Positions 27,504-37,342 of a stretch of DNA of 64,000 nt are shown piece after piece. Both the position numbers and the translations under genes were made by a program. Numbering within the stretch: position 1 is the stretch's first letter; each line of letters begins with the position of its first letter. A model generated the notes under the pieces. That model worked only from the letters and a program-made list of their open reading frames with translations. It did no database searches and was not told the origin of the DNA. Origin of the DNA: an uncultured Nitrospiraceae bacterium (lineage in GTDB: Bacteria > Nitrospirota > Thermodesulfovibrionia > Thermodesulfovibrionales > UBA6898); NCBI GenBank assembly GCA_963811165.1, contig CAWEQH010000008.1:192001-256000 (forward strand), read 5' to 3'.

Positions 27504-27635
27504 TTACTCCGGCCGAAAAGGAGATGACCCTGACCCTTGCATTTTTCAATCGGGCCATGAATTTTTTGAACTCCTCCAGGAAGAAACATGCAAAGTGCAA
27601 AGCCTCATCGATCCCATTGCCGGATCTCAGTCATA

Positions 27636-29084
27636 TCATGCGGCAGTCAGTATCTTCAGTACCCTTATTCTTCCCGGGTGTTTGAGTTTCCTCAGCGCCT
27701 TCGCCTCGATCTGGCGCACCCTCTCACGAGTCAGGGAGAGATATCTTCCCACCTCTTCGAGGGTATGGTCTCTGTCTACACCTATTCCGAACCTCATCCT
27801 TATCACCTTTTCCTCATTAGGGTGGAGAGTTTTAAGGAGCTGAATCATCTTTTCGGAGAGTTCGCTTTTTTCAGTACCTGAATAAGGCGACGGACTGTTC
27901 TCATCGCTTATGAAATCCTCCAGCTCCGAATCTTCATCCCCGACCTTGGTCTGCAGCGCTATGGGGTCCTGGATTGCCCTGAAAACTTCTTCAACCTTGG
28001 TAGCCGAAACGCCCATTTTGCCCGCGATTTCTTCATTTCGAGGCTCCCTCCCAAGCTCCTGGGTCAACTCCCTCGCCGCCCTGGTTACCTTGTTATAAAA
28101 CTCGACCATGTGAACCGGCACACGTATAGTCTTGGTTTGGTCTATGAGTGCCCTCGTAATCGCCTGTCTGATCCACCAGGTAGCATAGGTGCTGAACTTG
28201 AACCCTTTTTCATACTTGAACTTGTCGACCGCTTTCATAAGGCCGATATTCCCCTCCTGGATAAGATCCAACAAGGAGAGCCCCCGGCCCAAATAATTTT
28301 TTGCGATATTCACGACCAGCCTTAGGTTTCTGGTGGTCAATTCATTCTTGGCATCGGCATACAACGTTTTTGCCTTCGTGATCGTTCCCCATGCAGCCCT
28401 GAGATCATCTACCTTTAGTCCTACCGTCGCTTCGATATTTTTATAAACATCGTGGACCTCGTTTTCAATCTCCCGAAGCTTTACGGGATCGGCCCCTTTT
28501 TTCTTTTTCTCCTTAATGAGTTTCCTCAAATCCTTCAAAGAACTGTATCTTGCGATCTTACGGTCCGCAGCTCCCATCCGCTCCATCAGGCTTTCGAGTA
28601 CTTCAACAGAGGAAAGAACAGCTCTGTAGGCCCTTTCCTCTGCTTCCTCTGCTTCCTCCCCTTCCTCTGCCTCCTGCCGTGCAAGGTCTGCTTCGATTTT
28701 CTTATAAAGGGGCATAGAAGAAATATTATTCCTGATGATCTTTCTGCCTTCCTCAAGCCTTTTTGCGATCTCAATCTCCTCGTCTCTTGTGAGAATAGTG
28801 ATGTTGCCCATGGAATGGAAATAGGCCTGCACCAGGTCCTCCGTCTTTTCAGATTCAGCTACTTCCTCCTCTTCCCAAGCCTCCTCCCCGAAAACTCCGG
28901 CTTCTTCAGGGGACGTCACCTCTATCCCGGATTCTTCAAGAAGATCAAGCAGTTCCTCCATCTCTTCAGGAGAAAAATACTCCGGGGACATTGCCTCGTT
29001 TACCTCATCATAGGTAAGGCCGCCCCGTTTTTTCCCCATCTCGATAATTTCTTCAAAAAGCTCATTTTTTTCCATCTTTATCAT
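27636..29084 (-). CDS. RpoD-like sigma70 factor (divergent)
   Basis: [41 protein letters not shown] and TLEEVG...[16 protein letters not shown] motifs; acidic region 1.1. Confidence 0.92.
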   Translation of the reverse strand: MIKMEKNELFEEIIEMGKKRGGLTYDEVNEAMSPEYFSPEEMEELLDLLEESGIEVTSPEEAGVFGEEAWEEEEVAESEKTEDLVQAYFHSMGNITILTRDEEIEIAKRLEEGRKIIRNNISSMPLYKKIEADLARQEAEEGEEAEEAEERAYRAVLSSVEVLESLMERMGAADRKIARYSSLKDLRKLIKEKKKKGADPVKLREIENEVHDVYKNIEATVGLKVDDLRAAWGTITKAKTLYADAKNELTTRNLRLVVNIAKNYLGRGLSLLDLIQEGNIGLMKAVDKFKYEKGFKFSTYATWWIRQAITRALIDQTKTIRVPVHMVEFYNKVTRAARELTQELGREPRNEEIAGKMGVSATKVEEVFRAIQDPIALQTKVGDEDSELEDFISDENSPSPYSGTEKSELSEKMIQLLKTLHPNEEKVIRMRFGIGVDRDHTLEEVGRYLSLTRERVRQIEAKALRKLKHPGRIRVLKILTAA

Positions 29085-29307
29085 ATCCCTTCCCCGGCCT
29101 CTTTGTAAGGCCAGGTCCTTTTTCAATTTTCTTCAAATAAGAAGACAATTACCCTTTTTCAGTAAGAGTTTATTCTACAACTTTGAAGAAAATATGAAAA
29201 ATGAATGGTTTTAGTGGTTTTGCCGCTTACCCACACCATTATTTTGCTATAATTTAAATTGTCTGCCTTTTGGGCGGGCCAATATGGGTGGACAGGAGCT
29301 GACGACG

Positions 29308-29916
29308 ATGAAAAAACTTGGTGCTTTTCTTTCCCTGTGCTGGCTGCTGCTTGCGGTAAACCCCGTATTATCAAAGGACGTTGTCGACGCAGGCTTCTAT
29401 TTCGACAGGGGAAATTCTTATTTTAATAACGAAGAATATGACAATGCGATAAAGGCATACAGCCAGGCCATATCAATATACACCGAATTTTTAGATGCCT
29501 ACCATAACCGCGGGCTTGCCTATTATAAGAAAGGTAAATATGAAGAGGCTATTTCCGACTTCAGCAAGGTAATAGCGAAGAACCCCGAAAGTGTCCAGGA
29601 TTATAGCAGCAGGGCGCTCGCATACCTGAAAACAGGGCAGTTTGCCTATGCGGCCGATGACTTAAGCAAGGTAATAGCTATGAGCCCCACCTCTGCTGAG
29701 GCCTATCATAACCGTGGGATCGCCTATGCTAACTTGGGGAAATATGACGAGGCGATCGATGACTACAATAAAGTCATTTCGATCAGGCCAGGGGACATGA
29801 ATGTCTACATGTCCAGGGGAGTTGCCTATTTTAGAAAGGCAATGGCCGATTTCGGCAAGGCGTGCGACGCGGGAAATCAGGCGGCCTGCGACAATGTAAA
29901 GCAGTTGTCTAAATAG
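29308..29916 (+). CDS. Exported TPR-repeat protein
   Basis: Signal peptide followed by repeated AYHNRG TPR units. Confidence 0.88.
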   Translation: MKKLGAFLSLCWLLLAVNPVLSKDVVDAGFYFDRGNSYFNNEEYDNAIKAYSQAISIYTEFLDAYHNRGLAYYKKGKYEEAISDFSKVIAKNPESVQDYSSRALAYLKTGQFAYAADDLSKVIAMSPTSAEAYHNRGIAYANLGKYDEAIDDYNKVISIRPGDMNVYMSRGVAYFRKAMADFGKACDAGNQAACDNVKQLSK

Positions 29917-29963
29917 AGGCCCGAAGCGGGCGACGAGGGCAGGCAAGAGCAGCTTGATTACTG

Positions 29964-30799
29964 CTACCAAAGGGACGAGGCAAGGGGATGTGTTTTGCGC
30001 TCTACCAAGGTAATCGCATCTTCCGGACAGGCCGACCGACAGACTCCGCAGCCGAAACAGTGCTTCGAGTTTATTTGAGATCTGTTGTCAGCTTCTGAAT
30101 ATTCGACTGCAGCAAATTGACAGACGTGACTACATTCCCGACAGCCCGTGCATTTTGTTGCATCCACCTCAGCAAGCTTTTCCGATTTGAACATCAGCGG
30201 CATTTTAAGTCCTATCGTGCTTCGCAAGGCAAGACACGATTTTAATTCGCAGTTACATATTGCCCCGATAAAGGGGGTCTGAAAGGTCCAGACGCTATGG
30301 ACCAGTCCCTGGTGGTCCAATTGTTTAATTTGATCGAGGACCTGTTCCTTGTTCAAGTGGTCGAATTGAGAAACATCAGGAGACCCGAAATAGTCCATAT
30401 CGAGATCATTAAACCATTCAGCCGCTCCGAAGCTTATTCCGAAACAGACGCGGGTCTCTTTTTTGCTGAACGCCCAGCGGCATCCGCAGGGCAGTCGTAC
30501 CGCAGTATTGCAGATCGCAAGGATTTTGTCGACATCTTCAAGGGGAAGGACCTGACCGAAATGTGTCGATTTCATTTCCCTGATATAGGGGGCCCTTATT
30601 CTCTCAAGAAGTTTAGGATTGCGAACAAACATCTGCTCCATCCGGCTGATCTTTTGATTTCCCTCATGCACCATCTCTTTGTAGAAGTTCTTGATCATGG
30701 ACTTACGATTGAGGATCGTTTAAAAGCTCGGTCGAATAATTCTCTGACGTTGAGATACCATTCCTTGCCTTCACCGTGTTGGGTGCAGAACTCACACAT
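29964..30799 (-). CDS. Cys-rich 4Fe-4S dicluster protein (frameshift near 30740)
   Basis: N-terminal MCEFCTQHGEGKEWYL after SD GGAGG; CGCR and ICNC..C motifs; C-terminal CTGCREC..C and CFGCGVC..CP ferredoxin motifs. Confidence 0.8.
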
Positions 30800-30887
30800 T
30801 AATGCGCCTCCCGAGCGTTTGTTCGTGACAAGAGCATTATAACAAATTATGTAGGAGGATCATGCATCGCTATGGAGAGTCGGGAAA

Positions 30888-30914
30888 CGGGGACGGACCC
30901 TTTGTCCGCCCCCG
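30888..30914 (-). terminator. Hairpin after the cytochrome operon
   Basis: CGGGGACGGAC / GTCCGCCCCCG stem with only a short T tract on the minus strand. Confidence 0.45.
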
Positions 30915-30922
30915 GTGATTGA

Positions 30923-31681
30923 TTACTTATGACACTTCTGGCACTCGGTAGTACCGAAGGCCGTCTGGCCGTCATGACATTTGCCGCAGAACTTGTTTTG
31001 ATAGAGGGCGTCCATCTTCATTCCGGAACCGCCTTTCTTATATTTGAAGATCGACGTATGGCAGCTGCCGCAATCGAACATTGCGGTATGCACCTGGTGG
31101 CTAAATATTGCGGCCGGCATATCGCCGGAAGGGTAACTGAAGTCTTTTTTCAGGCCCGCCATGTTATGGCACTTGGCGCATTCCTTTGCGGCGAATGCAA
31201 TCCTGCCGTTATGACATCTGCCGCAGGTGCCGCCTTTATACATCTCGTCCATCACGATGTTCGAAGTGCCCTTTTTCATTTGGAAGAGCTTTGGGTGGCA
31301 CTCGCCGCAGCCGTATTTTCTTGCATGGTTTTGGTGGGAGAACGTCACCGTCAGTCCTGAGGCGGCGTAGGTAAATACCGTCAGATTATGGCAGTTGTTG
31401 CATGTATCTTTGTTCAAGGTCATTTCCTTGTGGGGCATCATGATGTGGCATTGGTTACAGTGTACCCCAAGGCCGAGATGTTTAGGGTGGGAAAATTGCC
31501 CCTTTGTGTCAAGGGAAAATTTTTCATAGGGATGACACTTGAAACAAGGGAGAGAGGAATCCTTCAAAGAGGCTATCACGGGTGATTCCTTCTCCTGGAC
31601 AACCGGCTTTTCGCCGGCCTTCCATCTGTTACAGGAAAAAAGCAGTAAGACGAGGAACAGTACCGCTGATCTTCGTGCCAT
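30923..31681 (-). CDS. Nonaheme c-type cytochrome lipoprotein with c7-type triheme repeats (CbcC-like)
   Basis: Lipobox LFSC; 9 CxxCH motifs; two repeats of FSHxxH..CxxCH..M..CGxCHxGxxAF..CxxCH. Confidence 0.85.
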   Translation of the reverse strand: MARRSAVLFLVLLLFSCNRWKAGEKPVVQEKESPVIASLKDSSLPCFKCHPYEKFSLDTKGQFSHPKHLGLGVHCNQCHIMMPHKEMTLNKDTCNNCHNLTVFTYAASGLTVTFSHQNHARKYGCGECHPKLFQMKKGTSNIVMDEMYKGGTCGRCHNGRIAFAAKECAKCHNMAGLKKDFSYPSGDMPAAIFSHQVHTAMFDCGSCHTSIFKYKKGGSGMKMDALYQNKFCGKCHDGQTAFGTTECQKCHK

Positions 31682-31689
31682 CTTTCCCC

Positions 31690-32442
31690 CTAGTCCTTCG
31701 TATGCTTTTTCGCATCCGGGAATAGCAGCTCGTATTCGATGGGGTGGTGATGCTTTAACTGCGCTGTCGATATCTTACCGGTTATCCAGAGCCAGCTCAT
31801 CGGGAAATTTTCCGGTTTTAGGTGCTCGTTATAGAAATGCCAGAAGAGGATGAAGACGATCGCCAGGAGTGCTTCATCGCTGTGCATGATCGACAGAAGT
31901 TCCCATATCCAGGCCGTGGCGAACCTGGGGATAATATGAGATACGAGCATTGGAAAGGCAAGGGAAAAACCCGAAAAACCGATAATGAACATACCCCAGA
32001 AGACCGCCCAGTAGTCAAATTTCTGGGCATAGGAATATTTTCCGAACCTCGGCTTCTTCTTTGACAGACCGAAGAAATACAGGAAATTCTGTATCACATC
32101 AAAGACATCTTTGGGGAGGGGTATGATCGTTGTCTTTAAATTTATAGTCATCTGCTTCGTGGCGAATAGATAGAAAAGGTAGATCACATGCCAGATGAAA
32201 TCTAGGAGCATGGTCACCCCGGCGACCCTGTGGATTATTCCGGCGGTTTCAGGGCCTCCCCAGACGCGTATCCACCAGCTCGATACGCCCGCCGGCTCAT
32301 TGGCATATTTCAGGCCCCAGCCTGTAAAACTCAGGAGAAGAAAAGTCGTAAACATGAGAACGTGTTGTATACGGAACGTTACATTGAACCTCTCTATTTC
32401 TTTGGGTATTCCCTGGGTAGTTGTCGTGTTGGTCTGGCTCAT
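31690..32442 (-). CDS. Membrane b-type cytochrome (CbcB / FdhC-like)
   Basis: Four TM helices with His in RIQH, IHR, IMHSDEA and WHFY; KFDYWAVFWG motif. Confidence 0.87.
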   Translation of the reverse strand: MSQTNTTTTQGIPKEIERFNVTFRIQHVLMFTTFLLLSFTGWGLKYANEPAGVSSWWIRVWGGPETAGIIHRVAGVTMLLDFIWHVIYLFYLFATKQMTINLKTTIIPLPKDVFDVIQNFLYFFGLSKKKPRFGKYSYAQKFDYWAVFWGMFIIGFSGFSLAFPMLVSHIIPRFATAWIWELLSIMHSDEALLAIVFILFWHFYNEHLKPENFPMSWLWITGKISTAQLKHHHPIEYELLFPDAKKHTKD

Positions 32443-33368
32443 TATTTGTGCCCCCCTTTTCTGAAGATTGCGTCCCTGATGTCGGAAAATGCCTCGAGCA
32501 GCACATGGGAGATAATAAAGGTGAAGACACCCAGCACCAGCAGTATCAGCGCCTTCTCCGTATAATGAGGTATCGGTCCGGGACGTTTATGGGTGATGGC
32601 CGGTATGAACTTCTCGTTGGCCCCTTTATGGCACTTGCCGCATGTCTGCAACCTGTTATTGCCAACAACAGGGGAATCCGGATCATTTTTTGACTTAATA
32701 TCGTGAGCATTATGGCAGCTTGCGCAGACCGGGACTTTTGTATGCCCCAGATGGAGTTTCCTCCCGTGAAAACTCTCCTCGAAGCTGTCCATCACATTTT
32801 CTTCCAGTTTATATTTCTCTATTATTTGTTTATCCCCGTGACACTTGCCGCAGGTTTCAACCTGTTGCTCCCGGCTGACCTTCGAAGCGGGATTCTTAAC
32901 AGGGACAATATAATGAGGCGATCCGTGGCAGTCGATGCAGAGCGCGCCATCCGTCTGGTGTTTGTCCGTAATGTTTCTGCCGTGGACGCTGGTGAGTACT
33001 TTTTGGTAAATTTCGCTGTGACACTTGCTGCAGGCAGCCGCCGCCACTGGGTCGACCGGATATTTCTTGGAGATCTTTGCTGAAAGTGAGAGGACGTCTT
33101 GAGGCACCGATGCCCCGGGCGAAGCGTGGGGATTGTCCGTGAATTTCATATGACAGTCGGTACAGGCCAATGCCCCGTGGACTGAGGCCTGGAACTTTTC
33201 GGAGTTAATATTCAGCTCAATGAGATTACCACCGGTCGTCTTTATCCTTCCTTTCATCGAGCTGTGACAGGCGAGACAACCGGCCGATTCCTGCGCACTG
33301 ACGGCGAGGGGATGCAAGAGGGCGAGAACCAACAAAGGTACTACAAAAATGACCTTTCTGTATGGCAT
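32442..33368 (-). CDS. Heptaheme c-type cytochrome with C-terminal membrane anchor (CbcA-like)
   Basis: Signal peptide, 7 CxxCH motifs, C-terminal TM helix containing His; TAATG overlap with the cytochrome b gene. Confidence 0.87.
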   Translation of the reverse strand: MPYRKVIFVVPLLVLALLHPLAVSAQESAGCLACHSSMKGRIKTTGGNLIELNINSEKFQASVHGALACTDCHMKFTDNPHASPGASVPQDVLSLSAKISKKYPVDPVAAAACSKCHSEIYQKVLTSVHGRNITDKHQTDGALCIDCHGSPHYIVPVKNPASKVSREQQVETCGKCHGDKQIIEKYKLEENVMDSFEESFHGRKLHLGHTKVPVCASCHNAHDIKSKNDPDSPVVGNNRLQTCGKCHKGANEKFIPAITHKRPGPIPHYTEKALILLVLGVFTFIISHVLLEAFSDIRDAIFRKGGHK

Positions 33369-33552
33369 AAGCACCTCAATAATTAAATTATAGCTATTGC
33401 GTAAGAATAGCTTGATGAAGCTATATCTGGAATTGCCAGGGGTATATATACACAAAATTACCCTTTCTTGTCAATGTAACTAATTTTATGGAGTCATTAA
33501 TCATAAGGGATAGATGCATCCCGTATTAAGGTGCAGAGACCGGCGGAAATCT

Positions 33553-34365
33553 CTAACGCTCATGAAAACCGACTATGGATATCTTCGATTTTTCGGCTTT
33601 CTTCAGCAATTCTTCTCTGTTGAGAAGAATGCTTTTCTTTGCCTCAAGGGCCAACACGCGCGCCTTTGCCTCGATCATTGCCCTGAGGGTGTCCATGCCT
33701 ACTACCGGCACATCAAACCTCATGTCCTGCTGAGGCTTGCTCACCTTTATTACGACGGCCCCGTGTCCGGCAAGTGTCCCCCCTCTTCGTATCGCCGCGT
33801 CGGTTCCCTCTATCGCCTCAACTGCCATTACCGCTTGATTTTTCACAACCACCGTCTGTCCGATGTCCAATCTTCCCATTTCCTTTGCCATCTTGAAGCC
33901 AAAGGCAATGTCCTTCCATTCATCTTCAGATGGGGCGCTTTTGGTTAGGGTGCCTTCGGGAGTCAACAGCTGAGAACTGAAATCGGTCGTATTTAAAAGT
34001 GTGATGCCGTCTTTTTCGAGCTCTTTCGTTATGGCAAGAAGTATTGCATCGTCGCTCCGGTCCTTCAAGGAAAAGAGAACCTTAACCGCGCGAAGGTCGG
34101 GTGTGATCTTGCTCTTATAGAGAAGTGATTTTGGGACCTTCCCGGCCATTACCGCCTCTTTTATGCCTGCTTTTTTTAACGCGTCAATAACAGAACCGAG
34201 CTTGCCGACGTTGATCCATTTTATCTCATCGACGGCAGAAGCGATCGCCATTTCACAAACAGGTTCAAGTCCGATGGCGAATACGAAATATCCCCTTGCG
34301 CGGGCCTCCTCCGCAACGGCAATCGGGAGTTCACCACTGCCGGATATAAGACCCAACTTCTTCAT
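33553..34365 (-). CDS. lpxI: UDP-2,3-diacylglucosamine diphosphatase LpxI
   Basis: LDIGQTVVV, AVEAIEGTD and QDMRFDVP motifs. Confidence 0.92.
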   Translation of the reverse strand: MKKLGLISGSGELPIAVAEEARARGYFVFAIGLEPVCEMAIASAVDEIKWINVGKLGSVIDALKKAGIKEAVMAGKVPKSLLYKSKITPDLRAVKVLFSLKDRSDDAILLAITKELEKDGITLLNTTDFSSQLLTPEGTLTKSAPSEDEWKDIAFGFKMAKEMGRLDIGQTVVVKNQAVMAVEAIEGTDAAIRRGGTLAGHGAVVIKVSKPQQDMRFDVPVVGMDTLRAMIEAKARVLALEAKKSILLNREELLKKAEKSKISIVGFHER

Positions 34366-34369
34366 TAAT

Positions 34370-35149
34370 CTATCTGCAGATCCCCCGTTTATTTTTTTCA
34401 ATGAATTCGACGAGATGTTTGACCTCATTGGAGGCGGGGAAATCCTCTTGCACTTTCTTCAGCGCGTCTTTAAGGGTGCGCTTCTCTCTGAAAAGTATTT
34501 TGTAAGCTTTTTTTATCTCGGTGATGGTCTTTTCAGGGAACCCGTGCCTCTGTAACCCGATAGTATTGGGGCCGAAGAGCTTTGCCCTTGCACCCGCGGC
34601 TATCATGTAGGGCGGGATATCCTGCCCTATGCCGCTGAAGCCGCCCACCATAGCGTATGTTCCTATCCTAGTGAACTGGTGGATGGCGACGACGCCGCCA
34701 ATGTATGCATGGTCCTCAACAAGGATGTGGCCGGCGAGGGTCGCCGCATTCGTCATGATGACATTGCTGCCGATCTTGCAGTCGTGGGCAATATGTACAT
34801 AAGCCATCAGGAAATTGTTGTCGCCAATCGACGTGGCTCCGTCGCCGCCTACGGACGCCCGGTGGATAGAGACGTATTCCCGCACGATGTTACCGTCCCC
34901 GATGGTAAGCCCGGTCTCTTCGCCTCTGTATTTGAGGTCCTGCGGAGGGAAGCCTATGCTCGTGAAGGGATGGAAGACACAGTTCTCGCCGATCTCGGTA
35001 ATGCCTTCGACTATTACATTCGAAAGAAGTCTCGTCCCTTTTTTTATTCTTACGCCGCCTTTTATTATGCAGAAGGGGCCTATTTCGACATTACCGTCTA
35101 TTTCTGCTTTTGAGTCCACTATCGCAGAGGGATGTATTTTCGTTTTCAT
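34370..35149 (-). CDS. lpxA: UDP-N-acetylglucosamine acyltransferase
   Basis: IHPSAIV, PQDLKY and HIAHDC motifs; hexapeptide repeats. Confidence 0.95.
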   Translation of the reverse strand: MKTKIHPSAIVDSKAEIDGNVEIGPFCIIKGGVRIKKGTRLLSNVIVEGITEIGENCVFHPFTSIGFPPQDLKYRGEETGLTIGDGNIVREYVSIHRASVGGDGATSIGDNNFLMAYVHIAHDCKIGSNVIMTNAATLAGHILVEDHAYIGGVVAIHQFTRIGTYAMVGGFSGIGQDIPPYMIAAGARAKLFGPNTIGLQRHGFPEKTITEIKKAYKILFREKRTLKDALKKVQEDFPASNEVKHLVEFIEKNKRGICR

Positions 35150-35154
35150 TATCT

Positions 35155-35586
35155 TCAGATCTCCTTGTCCGTTACCATCGCGGTGAATTCGGCTTCCGAG
35201 ACCAATTTCCCATCGACGGTTGCCGTGCCGGAAAATCTCCATACATTGCCTCTTTGCTTGAGCACTTTTATATCCATGATAACCTGGTCGCCCGGCACCA
35301 CGGGGCGTCTGAATTTTGCATTGTCGATACTCATAAAATACACTACTTTTCCTTCAACGCCGGAACTAAACGCCATGACCCCTGCAACCTGGGCCATGGC
35401 CTCTATGATGAGCACACCCGGCATGATCGGCTGCCCCGGAAAATGTCCCTGGAAGAAGGGCTCATTAATAGTGACGTTCTTCACCCCCGTTGCGCTTACG
35501 CCCGGCTGAAAATCGGCAATCCTGTCAACAAGGAGAAACGGGTATCTGTGAGGAAGGAGTTTCATTATTTCATTTACTGTCATCAT
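35155..35586 (-). CDS. fabZ: 3-hydroxyacyl-ACP dehydratase
   Basis: [11 protein letters not shown] and [20 protein letters not shown] motifs. Confidence 0.97.
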   Translation of the reverse strand: MMTVNEIMKLLPHRYPFLLVDRIADFQPGVSATGVKNVTINEPFFQGHFPGQPIMPGVLIIEAMAQVAGVMAFSSGVEGKVVYFMSIDNAKFRRPVVPGDQVIMDIKVLKQRGNVWRFSGTATVDGKLVSEAEFTAMVTDKEI

Positions 35587-36604
35587 AAGTATCTCCCTTT
35601 TCCAATTTATTTAGTCTTTTTTCAAGTTCTCTTATTTTTTTGTTCATTTCGGGAAGTTTCGCAAATGCCGCCTGTGCCCGCAGCCAGATATTATGCGGAA
35701 TAGCAGGAGATCCCGAATACGTCCCTTTTTCCACGCGCCCGGAGATCCCGGATTGTGCGGTGAGTATCGTTCCGGAATCTATTAAGGCATGGTCTGCCAC
35801 GCCTGCCTGGCCTGCCAAAACCACGAAACTCCCGATCTCGCTGCTTCCCGCGATCCCTACCTGGGAGACGATCAAAGATTTTTCACCTATTTTTACGTTA
35901 TGTGCGATCTGCACCAAATTATCTATCTTCGTTCCCTGACTTATCAAGGTGTTACCCAGGGTAGCCCGGTCTATAGAGACGTTCGAGCCGATCTCGACGT
36001 CGTCTTCGATAACGACCCCTCCTACCTGCGGTATTTTATAATGGATTCCGTTTTCGAAAGCGTAGCCAAAGCCGTCTGACCCTATGACCGTGCCGGAATG
36101 AACGATTACCCGATCCCCGATCGAGACTTTTTCCCTTATCGTCACGTTTGGGTAGATAATACAGTCGCAGCCGATCTTCGATTCCTTACCTATGAAAACA
36201 CCCGGCGATATGACCGTCCTGTCGCCGATACACGCATTTTTTTCCACGTAGGCAAATGCGGATATGACCACGTCCATGCCTATTTTTGCTTTATCCGAAA
36301 CATATGCACTGTTACTTATACCGGGTTCATGGTGCCCAGCGGGATAAAAGCATTCTATTGCCTTGGCAAAAGCATAATGCGGATTTTGCACTTTTAGCTG
36401 GGCTATGCCTACATCTTCGAATGGTTCATTGACAATGACGCAGGCGGCCTCACTTCTACGTACTTCTTGCAGAAACCTCGTTGATGACGCGAAGGTTATG
36501 TCCCCTTTTCTTGCGTCCTTGATGCCCGCGACCCCTATAATTTCTATACCCGGGTCGCCTATTATCGTACCATTTACGATTTCAGAAAAATCTTTTAATT
36601 TCAT
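35570..36604 (-). CDS. lpxD: UDP-3-O-acylglucosamine N-acyltransferase
   Basis: GSDGFGY, KIPQVG and [12 protein letters not shown] motifs. Confidence 0.96.
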   Translation of the reverse strand: MKLKDFSEIVNGTIIGDPGIEIIGVAGIKDARKGDITFASSTRFLQEVRRSEAACVIVNEPFEDVGIAQLKVQNPHYAFAKAIECFYPAGHHEPGISNSAYVSDKAKIGMDVVISAFAYVEKNACIGDRTVISPGVFIGKESKIGCDCIIYPNVTIREKVSIGDRVIVHSGTVIGSDGFGYAFENGIHYKIPQVGGVVIEDDVEIGSNVSIDRATLGNTLISQGTKIDNLVQIAHNVKIGEKSLIVSQVGIAGSSEIGSFVVLAGQAGVADHALIDSGTILTAQSGISGRVEKGTYSGSPAIPHNIWLRAQAAFAKLPEMNKKIRELEKRLNKLEKGDTYDDSK

Positions 36605-36794
36605 CGAATAACCCTGTGAATCAGAAGGTCAGGCACACGCCCGACAGCCTGCCTTTCATGACTGCCCTTTTCCCGATAGAAAAAATAATAGGTCAAATTA
36701 GCATTCCGGCAGTTTGTTCTCAAGATAAAGAAGGCCCCCTACTCCTAAGAAGCAGGAGGCTCGAAATGGAAATACTACTTTGGTACAGACAACG

Positions 36795-37325
36795 TTATTT
36801 CTTGCTCTTTGCCCTTGATGACTCATTATATTTCTTTATCACGACATCCGTCAGGTTGATGTCTTTTTTGGAATAGAGGACCAGTCCATCCGCGTTCTCA
36901 AGGATTATCGTATACCCTGCCTCTGCTCCCATTTTTTCGACAATGGCCCGTATGTCTTTTAGAATGTCACCCGTGAGTTCGCTTTCTTTTTTCTTGACTT
37001 CACTTTGGGAATCAGTAACCAGTCTCTGATATTCTCTCATTAATTTTTCGAGATCCTCTTCTTTCGACTTCTTTGCCTCGGCTGACAAGACCGAGGACTG
37101 TTTCTCAAGGTCCGCCTTCAATTTTTCTATCTCCTTGCCTTTTTCATCCAGGACGGACTGTTTTGATTTGATCAACGTCTCGAGGTCGGCCTTTGCTTTC
37201 TTGCCTGAATCCGATTCGTTTAAGGCCTTCATCAGATCGACGATGCCGACTTTCATATCAGCATGCACACTGCTTCCTGCAAACAGAACCAGGACAACTA
37301 CCAACAATAACGTTTTTTTCATCAT
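36795..37325 (-). CDS. skp: OmpH/Skp periplasmic chaperone
   Basis: Signal peptide, KVGIVD motif and coiled coil; lies between bamA and lpxD. Confidence 0.9.
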   Translation of the reverse strand: MMKKTLLLVVVLVLFAGSSVHADMKVGIVDLMKALNESDSGKKAKADLETLIKSKQSVLDEKGKEIEKLKADLEKQSSVLSAEAKKSKEEDLEKLMREYQRLVTDSQSEVKKKESELTGDILKDIRAIVEKMGAEAGYTIILENADGLVLYSKKDINLTDVVIKKYNESSRAKSKK

Positions 37326-37342
37326 TTTTTTCTCCTTCTCCT

